This document shows, one piece after another, positions 49,360 through 64,000 of a DNA stretch of 64,000 nucleotides. Position numbers and translations under genes: made by a program. The notes beneath the pieces are model-generated. The model searched no databases. It was not told the origin of the DNA and worked only from the letters and a program-made list of their open reading frames with translations. This DNA is from Macrostomum lignano. Its lineage: Eukaryota. Location of the stretch: assembly GCA_002269645.1 (NCBI GenBank), contig NIVC01001780.1, positions 1 through 64,000 on the forward strand, given 5' to 3'. Numbering within the stretch: position 1 is the stretch's first letter; every line of letters begins with the position of its first letter.

Positions 49360-49810
49360 ATTTGAGAATGGGTCATAAATTCGATTTAAGAATCGGTCAT
49401 TGATCCATTTGAGAATCCGTCATAAATCTCATTTGAGAATCCGTCATAAATCCCATTTGAGAATCCGTCATAAATCCCATTTGAGAATCCGTCATAAATC
49501 CCATTTGAGAATCGGTCATTGATCCCAGTGTAGAATCGGTCATAAATCCTATTTGAGAATCGGTTATTGATCCCAGTGTAGAATCGGTCATAAATCCTAT
49601 TTGAGAATCGGTCATAAATCCTATTTGAGAATCGGTCATAAATCCTATTTGAGAATCGGTCATTGATCCCAGTGTAGAATCGGTCATAAAGCCCATTTGA
49701 GAATCGGTCATTTGATCCCAGTGTAGAATCGGTCATTGATCCCATTTTAGAATCGGTCATTGATTCCATTTAAGAAACGGTCATAAATCCCATTTTAGAA
49801 TTGGTCATTA
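49360..49810. repeat. 24-bp minisatellite (GAGAATCGGTCATAAATCCCATTT)n
   Basis: About 18 copies. Confidence 0.92.
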
Positions 49811-50807
49811 ATCCTAACATCTCACTTGATGAAAGTTTCTTTTATATTTAACTTTAAGTACTGTATATGAAATATTTTTACTTTCAAGTAGCTGTCCTAC
49901 TACTTGCAGTAACAATTGTAAAATTGAATGCTTATATAAATTGTCAATTATTATTTAAAAGTAATACTTTATCTTATACTACTGACTATATAAGTAGTTG
50001 AACTGCGTTGCCTCTTCATCTCTGGCTGCAGTAGTAGCCAAGCGGCTTTCATGAAAGTTCATAAAAGTCCCATTTGCAATTGCCATACACTGTTGCATTT
50101 TGTCACCCGTTATCGCGTATTGAATATGAAAATGCAAAGTTAAACTGACTACTCAATAAATAGTAGCTTATGAGCGCACTGTCTCCGGTCAGAATTGTAC
50201 TGTAGACACACGCATTCGCTGCAATAAATGTCTTGAAGGTGTGTTTTGTTTTAACCATCTTTTGTATAGTACCAAGAGTACTTTAAGCTGCTTTTCACTT
50301 CAGTCAAACAAACAAAAAATAATATTAAATATTATTAAATAAAATGACCTGTGGACTGTTTTCTTCCATCTGTTTGCCCCACCTGTTGAAGTTAAATTGC
50401 TGTCTAATTATGTCCTTTGCATTCATTTTTTCATTGTTTCAAGATTAACAACAAGAAACAACTTAGCAGTCACTGATTGGCAGGTGAAAACTGTCACAAA
50501 TCACGAAAAGAGAACACTTATGAGTGTGTTTATTTGTGTGTATCAATTTTTTATTTCGATAGCAAGGCAAAATCACAGAGTTTCAAGTGGAAGATTGAAG
50601 CTTTAGCGTCCTTCACAAGGGCGCCGCACAGTGCATATCACAAAATTTACGTTTTTTCTTTAGAAACACCAGAAAGATTTCAAAACTATATCGAAAGATT
50701 AAAAAAGAAAATGAGCCAATTTTATTATTACAAGATAGAAAAAATACGGTTGAGGAGGCAGATCGACCTAGCTTAGTCAATTTTAATTGTATCTTGATAA
50801 GCAAGAT

Positions 50808-51460
50808 CTGCTTGTCTTAGCCAATAGAATCGTAGCTTGAATCTAATTGGTCAAAAGGAGCCAGATCAGCTCAACTCTTTACCAATAGAATTTAGTTCGA
50901 ATCTGATTGGTCAAAAAAAGCCAGATCAGCTTGACTCTTAGCCAATAGAAATGGAGCTTGAATCTGATTGGTCAATAAAAGCCAGATCAGCTTGTCGTAG
51001 CCAATAGAATCGTAGCTTGAATCCGATTGGTCAAGAAAAGCCAGATCAGCTTGTCTTAGCCAATAGAATCGTAGCTTAAATCTGATTGGTCAAGAAAAGC
51101 CAGATCAGTTTGTCTTCGCCAATAAAATCGTAGCTTGAATCCGATTGGTCAAGAAAAGCCAGATCAGCTTGTCTTAGCCAAGAGAATTGGATCTTAAATC
51201 TGATTGGTCAAAAAAATCCGAATCAGCTTGTCTTAGCCAATAGAATCGTAGCTTGAATCCGATTGGTCAAGAAAATCCAAATTAGCTTGTCTTAGCCAAT
51301 AGAATCAGAGCTTGAATCCGATTGGTCAAGAAAAGCCAGATCAGCTTGTCTTAGCCAATAGAATCGTAGCTTAAATCTGATTAGTCAAGAAAATCCGAAT
51401 CAGCTTGTCCTAGTCAATAAAATTCTAGCTTAAATTCTATTGGCTAAGAAAACTCAGTTG
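50808..51460. repeat. 59-bp minisatellite with a CCAAT and an ATTGG in each unit
   Basis: Unit CTTGTCTTAGCCAATAGAATCGTAGCTTGAATCCGATTGGTCAAGAAAAGCCAGATCAG, about 11 copies. Confidence 0.92.
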
Positions 51461-51544
51461 ATTTTATCAGCCTGGTTTCTAATTGGTCGATCAGTGCGCC
51501 TCAGACAATGGTAGATAAAGTTAAGTAGCAGCTTCTGCAGCCAA

Positions 51545-63974
<12,430 letters not shown>

Positions 63975-64000
63975 ATTTTGTTTTGATCAGTAATTGTTCT

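Noticed and set aside
50160-50260. YCSECVCL...RRQCAH, resembling a piggyBac C-terminal Cys-rich domain
   Set aside because: Too short and degenerate, with no adjoining transposase motifs.

Overview
Eukaryotic (animal) genomic DNA with GT-AG introns and a heavy load of micro- and minisatellites. The style suggests a free-living flatworm such as Macrostomum, but that is inference. Genes that can be built from the sequence: (1) a minus-strand caspase (AHG and QACRG) that appears to splice in frame from a large upstream ankyrin-repeat exon, giving a ~1147-aa ANK-caspase whose repeats vary mainly at the binding-surface positions; (2) a complete vasopressin/oxytocin-type precursor with three coding exons, an unusual nonapeptide CFMENCAPG-amide and a 14-Cys neurophysin; (3) a partial duplicate of that gene 24.7 kb away that has lost the hormone exon; (4) a DEK-C + SWIB (UAF30/Spp27-like) gene; (5) CFAP221/PCDP1 with six coding exons. 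Mobile DNA includes a defective DIRS/Ngaro-type tyrosine-recombinase retrotransposon, a Tc1 DD34E fragment and two tRNA-derived SINE families. Two MITE copies with 8-bp TSDs each carry a 64-nt piece of 28S rRNA spanning the R2/I-PpoI target site. All gene models were spliced by hand; no database search was possible.
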